A DNA stretch of 64,000 bases, from contig JAAOIK010000038.1 of NCBI GenBank assembly GCA_015163855.1, forward strand, positions 14,775 to 78,774, written 5' to 3'. Of this stretch, positions 28,055 through 36,846 are shown piece after piece. Numbering within the stretch: the first letter of the stretch is position 1; each line of letters opens with the position of its first letter. The stretch comes from Pseudobdellovibrionaceae bacterium (GTDB lineage: Bacteria; Bdellovibrionota; Bdellovibrionia; Bdellovibrionales; UBA1609). A program made the translations under genes and the position numbers. The notes beneath the pieces are model-generated. The model ran no database searches, was not told the origin of the DNA, and was given only the letters and a program-made list of their open reading frames with translations.

Positions 28055-28735
28055 ATGTTTAAATTTATCTTTTTTAGTATTTTTATGACTATGTCTGGCC
28101 TTGTACAAGCTTCTGGGTTTAGTAATTTAGAAATAGAAGAGCTTAATAATGATGCAAATAACTCTCAAAAAGCAGAAGTTGTAATTATTATTAATGAAGG
28201 AGATAGAACCCAGGCTAATCCAGAGGGGCAAACCCTATCTTTATATAATTCGGGTGAATTTGTAGATATATATGATGTATCCACAGCTAGTAATTCTATA
28301 AAAACCCCCACAGTAGGCAAAAAATATATAGCGCAAACACCCCATGGGTTTTATAGACCTAAGAAAGTATATAATGAATATTCTTCTTATACTTTTTATG
28401 GTGCTAGTATGAAATACGCTATTTTTTTTAATAATGGCATTGCTATTCATGCTTCAGAACATCTTAAACAGCTAGGTACTAGGGCATCGGGCGGTTGCAT
28501 TCGTTTAGAAGAAAGTGCAGCAGAAATAGTAAATGCAAGCATTCTTTCCACAGGAAGTACAAGTGACCAAATGGCATCAGAAGATTTTTGTAATTCTAAA
28601 GGCGAAAATTGCCATGAGCGTTCTTTGTATCTCAATAGAGTAAAATTACCAAATATTAGCTATAAAACAGGTTCAAATACTTCTCAAAAAATTTGGACTT
28701 ATGATACTTTAATAGTAGTAAAACCAGGAAATTAA
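28055..28735 (+). CDS. L,D-transpeptidase (YkuD domain)
   Basis: 226 aa with a signal peptide (FFSIFMTMSGLVQA). YkuD catalytic region: GIAIHASEHLKQLGTRASGGCIRL. Confidence 0.75.
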   Translation: MFKFIFFSIFMTMSGLVQASGFSNLEIEELNNDANNSQKAEVVIIINEGDRTQANPEGQTLSLYNSGEFVDIYDVSTASNSIKTPTVGKKYIAQTPHGFYRPKKVYNEYSSYTFYGASMKYAIFFNNGIAIHASEHLKQLGTRASGGCIRLEESAAEIVNASILSTGSTSDQMASEDFCNSKGENCHERSLYLNRVKLPNISYKTGSNTSQKIWTYDTLIVVKPGN

Positions 28736-28778
28736 TTAAAAAAATTTTTAGTTATTTCTTTTGCGCAGCTTTAAATGA

Positions 28779-31475
28779 TTACAAATAATTTATTATTTCT
28801 TTTTTTATAGAAGAAAATTCTTTTAAATTATCCACAGAGCCTTGTGCGAAATCTGCTCTTCCGCCACCTCGCCCACCCATTTTAGCAGACATTTTTTTTA
28901 AAAGGTCACCAGCATGCAAATGAGAGCTTAAATTTTTAGTTAAACCCACAATAATGGTTTTATTTTTTGAAGAACTACTTTTAGCAATTAATATAATCAA
29001 AGCCGTTTTTAATTTTTCACGAAGCTGGTCAGTTAGTTTTTTTAAAACATCTTTTTCTTGTATGTCTACTTGTTCCATCACTAAAGAAAATTCTAAAGTT
29101 TTTAGTTGTATTTTTTCTGCTTTCAGTAAAAGCGATTCAATATCAATTTGTGTGTATTGTGAATTTTTAATGGATTTATTTAGCTTCTTGTTATCCTCTT
29201 TTAATTGCAAAACATGATCTAAAATAGACTCTTTATCATTAACATTTAGTAGTTGTTTAACTAATTTATTTTCTAAAATATTTTGATTAGCAAATGCAAT
29301 AGCCGTATCTCCTGTTAAAGCTTCTATTCTACGAATGCCCGAGCTTAAACTACTTTCTGATAAAATTTTAAAAAATTGTATTTCTCCAGTATTTTGTACA
29401 TGGGTTCCTCCACAAAGCTCATGTGACTTTTCACCAAGTTTAATAGAAGTAACCTTATCTGTATATTTTTCTCCAAAAAGTGCTGTAATACCATTTTTTA
29501 TAGCCTCCTCATAAGAAGAAGTTTGTGTAATTTTTTGGGAGCACAAGCTAATTTCATAATTAATATGATGTTCCACAAGATTCACTTCTTTTTTCGACAA
29601 GGCTTTGTTATGAGAAAAATCAAACCTTAGTTTTTCTTCTGTCACTAGAGAACCAGATTGATTAACATGACTACCTAATACTGTTTTTAAAGCAGAATGC
29701 AAAAGGTGAGTAGCAGAGTGATTTTTTTCTATGGCCTTGCGAAGTGCTTTGTTGAGTACAATATTTATTATGCTTTTTTTGCTTAGAGTTCCTTTTTCTA
29801 CTTTTATAAAGTGAATAAAAATCTCTTGTTCTTTTTGGCAGTGAGTAATATTTACTTGTAAAAGTGCTTGGTCATCTAAATTTACAGCAGTAGCTTTATC
29901 ACTAATTTGTCCACCACCTTCAGGATAAACACAACTTTTATCTACAATAAAAAAACCTTCTTCGCCGGCTTTTAAACAATCCACTTCTTTAGTTCCATTG
30001 GATAAATATAATACAGAAGCTTTGCAGTCTAAATTAGAATGAATTAAAGATTCTGTTTTTCCATATTGTGATAAAATTTGAGAGCTAACTGTTGTTAAAT
30101 AAGTTTGTTCAATAGAAAATTGCTTTGTTTTTCCAGATGTTTTTGATAAATTTTTTGCCTTTAGTAATTCTTTTTCAAATCCAATTTTATCTACACTTAA
30201 TCCTTTTTCTTGTAAAATTAAAGAACTTAAGTCAATAGGAAAACCATAGGTATCATAAAGTTTAAAAGCCTGCTTTCCGTCTAAAGAAGTAAGGCCTTTG
30301 TTAGACATTTTTTTAATTTCTTGTTCCAATAAAAATAAGCCTTGGTCTAAAGTTCTTAAAAATTGTGTTTCTTCTGTTTGAATAGTATTTAAAATATGTT
30401 GTTGTTGCATTTGTAATTCTGGATAAATGCCTTTCATAGAATCAACTAAACTATTAGATAAGCTGCTAAACAGATTTTCATTATCACTAAGAGAATGGGC
30501 AAATCGAATAGCTCTTCTCATAATTCGTCTTAAAACATAACCTCTTCCTTCACTTTTTGGCATAACTCCATCTTGAATTAAAAAACTGGCAGCCCGGATA
30601 TGGTCTGCCAAAACACAAAAGCTAACATTAATTTGTTTTTGCTGATTTTTTTCTTTTAAAGAAGAAAACGCAGTTAAATCTTTACAATACTCTTTTCCAG
30701 ATATTTTCGATATTGTACTTAGTAGTGGTGAAAAAATATCTGTGTGATAGTTATTAATTTCCCCTTGTAAAATACTACTTAATCTTTCCAGCCCCATACC
30801 AGTATCTACACAAGGTTTTTTTAAAGGAGTTAGTACTTTGTTTTCTTCAAAGTATTGCATAAAAACTAAATTCCATACCTCTACAAAGCGATCTCCTTCG
30901 CCTCCTACCACTTGTTCTGGGCCAGAAAAGTGTTCGGCACCTAAATCATAGTAAATTTCTGTACATGGACCGCAAGGGCCAGTGTCTCCCATTCTCCAAA
31001 AATTATCCTTTTCTCCAAAATAAAATATTTTATCTTTTGGAATATTTTCTTGTTTATGCCATATTTCTGCTGTTTCTTGATCGTCTTTAAAAACAGAAAT
31101 ATATAATCGATTTTTATCTAACCCTAATGTTTGTGTTAAAAATTCCCAAGACCATTTTATGGCTTCTTGTTTAAAGTAATCTCCAAAAGAAAAATTACCA
31201 AGCATTTCAAAAAAAGTATGATGTCTAGCTGTGTGTCCTACATTGTCTAGATCATTATGTTTTCCCCCAGCTCTTATACATTTTTGTATACTAACAGCTC
31301 TGTTATGAGTGGGTTTCTCTATGCCTAAAAAAATATTCTTAAAAGGATTCATTCCTGCATTAGTAAAAAGCAGGCTAGGGTCATTGTGTGGTATTAATGA
31401 AGAGCTTTTAAATTCCTTATGATTTTTTTCATTAAAAAATTGAATAAATTTATTACGAATGTCAAAGGAGTTCAT
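28779..31475 (-). CDS. alaS: Alanine--tRNA ligase
   Basis: About 898 aa. N-terminal FDIRNKFIQFF..K.H and NDPSLLFTNAGMNPFK. Editing-domain HSATHLLH. C-terminal GGRGGGRADFAQG. I prefer the ATG at 31475, 5 nt after AAGG, over the in-frame GTG at 31481. Confidence 0.97.
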   Translation of the reverse strand: MNSFDIRNKFIQFFNEKNHKEFKSSSLIPHNDPSLLFTNAGMNPFKNIFLGIEKPTHNRAVSIQKCIRAGGKHNDLDNVGHTARHHTFFEMLGNFSFGDYFKQEAIKWSWEFLTQTLGLDKNRLYISVFKDDQETAEIWHKQENIPKDKIFYFGEKDNFWRMGDTGPCGPCTEIYYDLGAEHFSGPEQVVGGEGDRFVEVWNLVFMQYFEENKVLTPLKKPCVDTGMGLERLSSILQGEINNYHTDIFSPLLSTISKISGKEYCKDLTAFSSLKEKNQQKQINVSFCVLADHIRAASFLIQDGVMPKSEGRGYVLRRIMRRAIRFAHSLSDNENLFSSLSNSLVDSMKGIYPELQMQQQHILNTIQTEETQFLRTLDQGLFLLEQEIKKMSNKGLTSLDGKQAFKLYDTYGFPIDLSSLILQEKGLSVDKIGFEKELLKAKNLSKTSGKTKQFSIEQTYLTTVSSQILSQYGKTESLIHSNLDCKASVLYLSNGTKEVDCLKAGEEGFFIVDKSCVYPEGGGQISDKATAVNLDDQALLQVNITHCQKEQEIFIHFIKVEKGTLSKKSIINIVLNKALRKAIEKNHSATHLLHSALKTVLGSHVNQSGSLVTEEKLRFDFSHNKALSKKEVNLVEHHINYEISLCSQKITQTSSYEEAIKNGITALFGEKYTDKVTSIKLGEKSHELCGGTHVQNTGEIQFFKILSESSLSSGIRRIEALTGDTAIAFANQNILENKLVKQLLNVNDKESILDHVLQLKEDNKKLNKSIKNSQYTQIDIESLLLKAEKIQLKTLEFSLVMEQVDIQEKDVLKKLTDQLREKLKTALIILIAKSSSSKNKTIIVGLTKNLSSHLHAGDLLKKMSAKMGGRGGGRADFAQGSVDNLKEFSSIKKEIINYL

Positions 31476-31490
31476 ATACACCTTGGTTAA

Positions 31491-32582
31491 TTATAGTATA
31501 AAATCGTCGTTGGTATTTTTTTTAGAAAATTTTAGTTTAAATTCATTAGCATTAGTTGACATTTTTTTGGCTTCTTCAAAATCAATTAAATCTTTATCTA
31601 GTAGCTCAAATAAACTTTGATTAAAAGTTTTTGACCCATAAGTTGCAGCATGCTCTTCCATACTACTTTCTAACTCAAATAAACGATTTTCTAAAATTAA
31701 TTCTTGTACTCGAGAATTATTAATTAAAATTTCTGTAGCAGGAACTACGCCCGATTTATCTTTCTTCTTACAAAGTCTTAAACTAATAATAGCTTTTAAA
31801 TTATGCGCTAATATAGTGGTGATATAATTTTGTTTTTCTTTTGGAAATTCTGATAATATACGAGTAATACTATCTTTAGCACTAGTGCTATGAATAGAGG
31901 CTAATACTAAGTGCCCGGTAGAAGAGGCAGTAAGTGCAATCTCTATGCTTTCCATATCTCTTAATTCTCCTATAAAAAGCACATCAGGATCTTGTCTTAA
32001 GGCCGATCTAAGACCCATTTTAAAGCTTTGTACATCTGTACCCACTTCTCTTTGGGTAATAATACTTTTATAATCACGAATTAAATATTCAATAGGATTT
32101 TCTAAAGTTAATATATGTTTATTTTTATTGTGATTAATATGATTAAGCATGGAAACTAAGGTAGAAGTTTTACCCGATCCCGTAGCACCAGTAACCAAAA
32201 TCAAACCTCTTTCTTTTAAGGCAATTTTTTCTAAAAGAGAAGGTAATTGCAATTCAGAGATGCTGGGAATTTTAAAATTTACTAAACGAAATACTATTCG
32301 AGTGCTACCTCTTTGTTTGGTTAAACTAACTCTAAAACGGCCCACTTGAGGTAAGCTATAGGCGATGTCTAAATCAAAACCTTTTTCAAAGCTTTTTTGA
32401 TCTTTTGGTTGACTAATAATTTCCATAATTTTTATCATGTCTTCAGAGGTCAATTTTGTTGCACTAGCATTTATTTTTTGCAACTTTCCGTGTTTACGTA
32501 TAATAGGAGGCATGCCCACTTTTAAGTGAATATCACTGGCGCTTTTTTTTATGGCTTCTTTTAATATTTCTTGAATATTCAT
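31491..32582 (-). CDS. pilT: Type IV pilus retraction (twitching motility) ATPase, PilT family
   Basis: 363 aa with Walker A GATGSGKTST, an Asp box/Walker B region (RQDPDVLFIGELRD), and a His-box region (GHLVLASIHS). Confidence 0.85.
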   Translation of the reverse strand: MNIQEILKEAIKKSASDIHLKVGMPPIIRKHGKLQKINASATKLTSEDMIKIMEIISQPKDQKSFEKGFDLDIAYSLPQVGRFRVSLTKQRGSTRIVFRLVNFKIPSISELQLPSLLEKIALKERGLILVTGATGSGKTSTLVSMLNHINHNKNKHILTLENPIEYLIRDYKSIITQREVGTDVQSFKMGLRSALRQDPDVLFIGELRDMESIEIALTASSTGHLVLASIHSTSAKDSITRILSEFPKEKQNYITTILAHNLKAIISLRLCKKKDKSGVVPATEILINNSRVQELILENRLFELESSMEEHAATYGSKTFNQSLFELLDKDLIDFEEAKKMSTNANEFKLKFSKKNTNDDFIL

Positions 32583-32611
32583 TGGCTTTATTGTAGAGGT
32601 TTTTATTAGAA

Positions 32612-33103
32612 ATGAAAGATAAATTTATAAAAAAAAATAAAAAATTACCGTATTTTATAGTAACTCTGGGAGGAGTTGGAAACTTACCAAAAGCACCAGG
32701 AACTTGGGGTTCCTTAGTGGCTTTACCTAGTATTTTTTATTTATCTTCTCAAAGCTGGGTTATGCAAATTACTTTTATTTTACTTTTATTTTTACTGTCA
32801 TTGGTGTTTATTAAAAAGTATTTAGTTTCTAGTCATTGCCCTAACCAAGATCCTAAAGAGGTGGTGATAGATGAATTTTTAGGTATGCATATCGCCGTAT
32901 TAGGTTTCCCTTTCCATTTTTCGCTAATAGCTACAGCTTTTCTTTTATTCCGCTGTTTGGATATAATAAAACCTTTTCCCATTGGTTTTGTGGATAAAAA
33001 TATAAAGGGTGCTTTTGGCATTTTATTGGATGATATTTTAGCAGCCTTAGTGACATGGAGTATATTAAGGGTAGTATTTTTTAAGTTGCAAATTTTTACT
33101 TAA
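32612..33103 (+). CDS. pgpA: Phosphatidylglycerophosphatase A
   Basis: 163 aa with GTWGSLVALP, DEFLGM, IIKPFPIG, and GILLDDILAAL. Confidence 0.88.
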   Translation: MKDKFIKKNKKLPYFIVTLGGVGNLPKAPGTWGSLVALPSIFYLSSQSWVMQITFILLLFLLSLVFIKKYLVSSHCPNQDPKEVVIDEFLGMHIAVLGFPFHFSLIATAFLLFRCLDIIKPFPIGFVDKNIKGAFGILLDDILAALVTWSILRVVFFKLQIFT

Positions 33104-33121
33104 TAAAAAATAAGGAGCGTC

Positions 33122-33607
33122 ATGTCAAATTCTATGGATTTTATAATTTCTTACTTTTTGACTCATAGTTTAACAATTAGTTGTGCAGAAAGCTGTACAG
33201 GTGGCTTGGTATCTGACAAACTAATACAAAGGTCTGGGGCTTCTAAGTATTTTAAAGGCTCTGTTGTGGCTTATAGTAAAGCAGTAAAACAAAGCTTTTT
33301 ATCAGTGTCTGACCTACTTATAGAAGAAAAAGGCATAATTAGTGCCGAGGTAGCGATGGCGATGGCTGTAAGCTGTAAGGAAAATTTTTCCACAGATTGG
33401 GCCTTAAGCAGTACAGGTTTTGCAGAAAGTACTATTATCGGAGGAAAAACGCAAAAACCAATTGTTTATATAGGTGTGGTTGGCCCCAATGTTGAAGAGA
33501 CTCTAGTGTGTAAGTTTGATAAAGAGTCTCGCAACCAAGTTAGACAGCAAAGTGTTATAAGAGCCTTTGATTTTTTAAGTGAATGTATAAAAAACAAAAC
33601 AAAATAG
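33122..33607 (+). CDS. pncC: CinA C-terminal domain protein / nicotinamide-nucleotide amidase (PncC-like)
   Basis: 161 aa with TISCAESCTGGLVSDKL, F.GSVVAYS, and IISAEVAMAMA. It lies directly upstream of recA (9-nt gap), as for E. coli pncC. Confidence 0.8.
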   Translation: MSNSMDFIISYFLTHSLTISCAESCTGGLVSDKLIQRSGASKYFKGSVVAYSKAVKQSFLSVSDLLIEEKGIISAEVAMAMAVSCKENFSTDWALSSTGFAESTIIGGKTQKPIVYIGVVGPNVEETLVCKFDKESRNQVRQQSVIRAFDFLSECIKNKTK

Positions 33608-33616
33608 GAGAAAAGT

Positions 33617-34666
33617 ATGGCAAAAGACAAAGTGGTAGAAACAGGAGTAAAAAATAATCCAAAAGCAAGAGCTTTAGATTTAGCAATTGAGTCTATTGAA
33701 AAGCAATTTGGTAAAGGTTCCATCATGAAACTAGGTGGAAAAAATATTAATACCGATATTCCTGTAATAAGTACTGGGGTGTTAAGTTTAGACTTAGCTT
33801 TAGGTGCTGGTGGTTTACCAAAAGGAAGAATTGTCGAAGTTTATGGACAAGAAAGTTCTGGAAAAACCACTTTAGCTTTATCTACTATTGCTCAAGCACA
33901 AAAAATGGGTGGTACAGTAGCTTTTGTAGATGCAGAGCATGCTTTAGATGTAAATTATGCAAAAAAATTAGGAGTTAACATTGATGAAATGCTAATTTCT
34001 CAACCCGACACAGGAGAGCAAGCTTTAGAAATTACAGAAACTTTAGTTCGTTCCGGAGCAGTGGATGTATTAGTTATTGATTCTGTGGCTGCTTTAACTC
34101 CTAAGGCCGAAATTGAAGGAGATATGGGTGATAGCCATATGGGTTTGCAAGCGCGGTTAATGTCACAAGCTTTAAGAAAATTAACAGCTATTACTAAAAG
34201 AAGTAACACGTTAGTGATTTTTATTAATCAGTTAAGAATGAAAATTGGTGTGGTTTTTGGTAATCCCGAAGTAACGACTGGTGGTAATGCATTAAAATTT
34301 TATTCCACTATTCGTTTAGAAGTTCGCCGTTCTACTTTATTAAAAAATGGTGAAGATGTGTATGGTAACCAAATTAAAGTTAAAGTGGTTAAAAATAAAA
34401 TTGCACCTCCTTTTGCAAAAGTAGAGTTTGATTTACTATATGCAGAAGGTTTATCTGCAGAGGCTGATGTTTTAGACTTATCAGTAGCCAATAGGTTAAT
34501 TGTAAAATCGGGATCTTGGTACAGTTTAAATGATAAGAAAATTGGTCAAGGACGAGAGCAAGCACGAGTATTTTTAAAAGAAAATCCTAAGGTTTTCTCT
34601 GCTTTAAGAGAAAAGATTTTAGCTATTAAAGGTGTTGGCAAAAAAACGGAAACTACTAAACATTAG
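33617..34666 (+). CDS. recA: Recombinase RecA
   Basis: 349 aa with a Walker A region [19 protein letters not shown], and [28 protein letters not shown]. Confidence 0.98.
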   Translation: MAKDKVVETGVKNNPKARALDLAIESIEKQFGKGSIMKLGGKNINTDIPVISTGVLSLDLALGAGGLPKGRIVEVYGQESSGKTTLALSTIAQAQKMGGTVAFVDAEHALDVNYAKKLGVNIDEMLISQPDTGEQALEITETLVRSGAVDVLVIDSVAALTPKAEIEGDMGDSHMGLQARLMSQALRKLTAITKRSNTLVIFINQLRMKIGVVFGNPEVTTGGNALKFYSTIRLEVRRSTLLKNGEDVYGNQIKVKVVKNKIAPPFAKVEFDLLYAEGLSAEADVLDLSVANRLIVKSGSWYSLNDKKIGQGREQARVFLKENPKVFSALREKILAIKGVGKKTETTKH

Positions 34667-34681
34667 TTTTTAGATTCTGTT

Positions 34682-34769
34682 AAAAAAAACACGGGCTAAT
34701 TTAAGCTCTCTTGCTCAGGCATCCCTTTGGGGTGAGTCGCAGGAGAGATTAAATTAGCCCGTTTTTTTT
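34682..34769. terminator. Long bidirectional intrinsic-terminator-like hairpin between convergent recA and a lytic transglycosylase gene
   Basis: An A8 run (34682-34689) is followed by left arm ACGGGCTAATTTAAGCTCTCTTGC (34691-34714) and a 24-nt G+C-rich central segment that can itself pair around a TTT loop. The right arm is GCAGGAGAGATTAAATTAGCCCGT (34739-34762), followed by a T8 run (34762-34769). The arms give 22 Watson-Crick pairs, 1 G-U and 1 mismatch. Confidence 0.7.
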
Positions 34770-34781
34770 ATACCACGCATT

Positions 34782-35696
34782 TTATTTTTTAAAATAATTT
34801 TCAATGGTTTTAAAGCTTTTGGGAGGAATTCTTACTGCATAACTTTCAACATAATGGGGAATGCGAAATTGTTTTAATTCAGGATTAATTTTTTTTAAAT
34901 AAGAGCTATGAACATTTAAACTATTGGCTAAATTTTTTAAAGAAGTACCTCCAGCTATAGAAATATAGTTAAACTTCTTTTGTTTGGGTGAAGTGATTTT
35001 AATGTTCATACCGTAAAGGTGGGATTGTTGTAATACTAAGCTGACAGCGATTAGTTTAGGAATATAATTTTTTGTTTCTTTAGGAAAATCGGGTTTATTA
35101 ATAAGTTCCCAGTAATTAGTGGTTTTATACTTTTTTATAAATCGGCCTAAGCGATTTTCTCCCATATTATAAGCAGCTAAAGCTAATTCCCATTTTTTAA
35201 ATCGCTTGTACAAAATTTTAAGATAATTTAAGGCAGCAATAGTACTTTTATGAATATTTTTTCTTTCATCGAGCCAATGGCTCACTTTCAAATTAAAACG
35301 CTTAGCTGTTGGTTTCATAAATTGCCAGTAACCTACAGCACCAGCAGAGCTATGAGCATGAACATAAAAACCACTTTCTATCATTGGTAAATAAGCTAGC
35401 ACCAAAGGAAGATTATTTTTTTTAATACTTTTTTCAATAAAATAAAAATACTTTCGACTATTACCTGTCCAATTTTGAATAATTTTTTTCCCTCTATTAC
35501 TAGTAAAAAAAGTAATCCATTTTTTTATATTAGGATCTTGCGGTATGGAGAATCCATAAAAATTCTCTCTATAGTTATTGGTATTTTGAAATAAAAAAGG
35601 GCTTTTTTTAGCTAATACATTATTTAGGCAAAGTAAGTTAAAAATCGATATAAAAAGGAGAGGTTTTTTTAAGTACTGCCAGTATTTAAACAACAT
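34782..35696 (-). CDS. Membrane-bound lytic murein transglycosylase, MltD-like (SLT domain plus one LysM-like repeat)
   Basis: 304 aa with a signal peptide (LLFISIFNLLCLNNVLA). SLT catalytic region LPMIESGFYVHAHSSAGAVGYWQFM, and AAYNMGENR. The C-terminal YISIAGGTSLKNLANSLNV....L.K.NP is LysM-like. Confidence 0.75.
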   Translation of the reverse strand: MLFKYWQYLKKPLLFISIFNLLCLNNVLAKKSPFLFQNTNNYRENFYGFSIPQDPNIKKWITFFTSNRGKKIIQNWTGNSRKYFYFIEKSIKKNNLPLVLAYLPMIESGFYVHAHSSAGAVGYWQFMKPTAKRFNLKVSHWLDERKNIHKSTIAALNYLKILYKRFKKWELALAAYNMGENRLGRFIKKYKTTNYWELINKPDFPKETKNYIPKLIAVSLVLQQSHLYGMNIKITSPKQKKFNYISIAGGTSLKNLANSLNVHSSYLKKINPELKQFRIPHYVESYAVRIPPKSFKTIENYFKK

Positions 35697-35759
35697 ATAA
35701 TTTATGTTAAGTAGTTTTTGGTATTTTAGCTAATAAATTAGTATCTATCTTGTTTTGCC

Positions 35760-35788
35760 TTGACTTTTGAATAGTTGTTTAATAGATT
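35760..35788 (+). promoter_or_regulatory. Candidate sigma70-type promoter for csrA
   Basis: TTGACT (35760-35765), 17-nt spacer, TAGATT (35783-35788), about 60 nt upstream of the csrA ATG. Confidence 0.4.
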
Positions 35789-35850
35789 GCGTCAATTACA
35801 AATTACCACTTTTTTTTATAGGGTGAGTAAGCGATTAATCTTTAAACAGG

Positions 35851-36069
35851 ATGTTGAAGTTGAAAAAAGGGAAGTTAATCTTAACTCGTCGGCAAGGCGA
35901 GGGTCTATCCATAGGCAATAATATCATTATCGAAGTTCTACAAATTAAAGGTAAGCAAGTGCGGTTAGGCATTCAGGCATCCAAAGATGTTTCTATTATT
36001 AGAAGCGAACTAATGGAAGGTGACATGTTAGATAATGGCATAAGCTCTGAAAAAGAAAACACTAAGTAA
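35851..36069 (+). CDS. csrA: Carbon storage regulator / translational repressor CsrA
   Basis: 72 aa. LILTRRQGEGLSIGNNIIIEVLQIKGKQVRLGIQASKDVSIIRSEL matches the CsrA pattern (LILTRR.GE...IG....V.VL...G..VR.GI.AP..V...R.E). It has a short N-terminal extension (MLKLKKGK) and an acidic tail. Confidence 0.85.
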   Translation: MLKLKKGKLILTRRQGEGLSIGNNIIIEVLQIKGKQVRLGIQASKDVSIIRSELMEGDMLDNGISSEKENTK

Positions 36070-36075
36070 TCAACT

Positions 36076-36822
36076 ATGCGCCGCTACAGTTTAGAAGAAA
36101 AACACCTTAATTTACTAGAGAAGCTCATTATTTTAGAAGAGCAAAATTTTCATCACATTTGTGAAGTTTGTAGAAATAAAAAAGGGTCTAAGTTTGAGGT
36201 TTTAATTAAAAGTAAAGCCTATTTAGTTGAAATTACTAATATTTTTAAAAAAAAAGCCACAGCTGTTATCTTAGAAGAAAGAGAAATTGTAGCCTTAAAA
36301 AAACCATTTTTGCATTTGGTTTTAAGTATGCCTAAATTTTCTGTTTTTGAATCTATTTTGGAAAAAAGTGTAGAAATGGGAATTTCTGAAATTCATTTAC
36401 TATCTACCACTAATAGTTTTGTTAAATCAGCCAGTAAAATTAGTGTTGGAAAATACCATCGATGGCAAAAAATCATGTCTGGGGCTATGAGTCAGTCAGC
36501 AAGATCGAGTCCCTTAATTATTCACCCACTGTCTAGTAGAGAAGAGGTAGTTTCTAGGCTAAAACAACAAGCCATTCCAGGGATTGTGGCTTATGTTAAT
36601 GCCACTAAAACTTTTTCGTCTGTAATAAGCCCTTTAAAAACCCCTGTGCAGGAAAGCTTAGCTATGTATATTGGCTCTGAAGGGGGTTTTACGCAACAGG
36701 ACATTAATTTTTTTAGATCGCAAAATATACTCGACTTTTCTCTAGGAGAGCAGGTGTTAAAAGTAGAGACCGCTTGTTTATTTCTTATAAGCTTAGTAAA
36801 ATATCAATTACAAGGTCTTTAA
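36076..36822 (+). CDS. rsmE: 16S rRNA (uracil1498-N3)-methyltransferase RsmE
   Basis: 248 aa of RsmE size and layout. It has a PUA-like N-terminus and a SPOUT C-terminus with ILEKSVEMGISEIHLL and IGSEGGF...E. Confidence 0.75.
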   Translation: MRRYSLEEKHLNLLEKLIILEEQNFHHICEVCRNKKGSKFEVLIKSKAYLVEITNIFKKKATAVILEEREIVALKKPFLHLVLSMPKFSVFESILEKSVEMGISEIHLLSTTNSFVKSASKISVGKYHRWQKIMSGAMSQSARSSPLIIHPLSSREEVVSRLKQQAIPGIVAYVNATKTFSSVISPLKTPVQESLAMYIGSEGGFTQQDINFFRSQNILDFSLGEQVLKVETACLFLISLVKYQLQGL

Positions 36823-36846
36823 ATAGATAGTGTTTATAGGAGTAAT

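Noticed and set aside
28828-28836. A perfect DnaA-box 9-mer, TTATCCACA, inside the alaS 3' end. A second copy in inverse orientation lies at 32989-32997 inside pgpA.
   Set aside because: The two boxes are isolated, 4 kb apart and both intragenic. There is no AT-rich unwinding element or box cluster. About this many occurrences are expected by chance in an AT-rich 64-kb window. This is not an origin.
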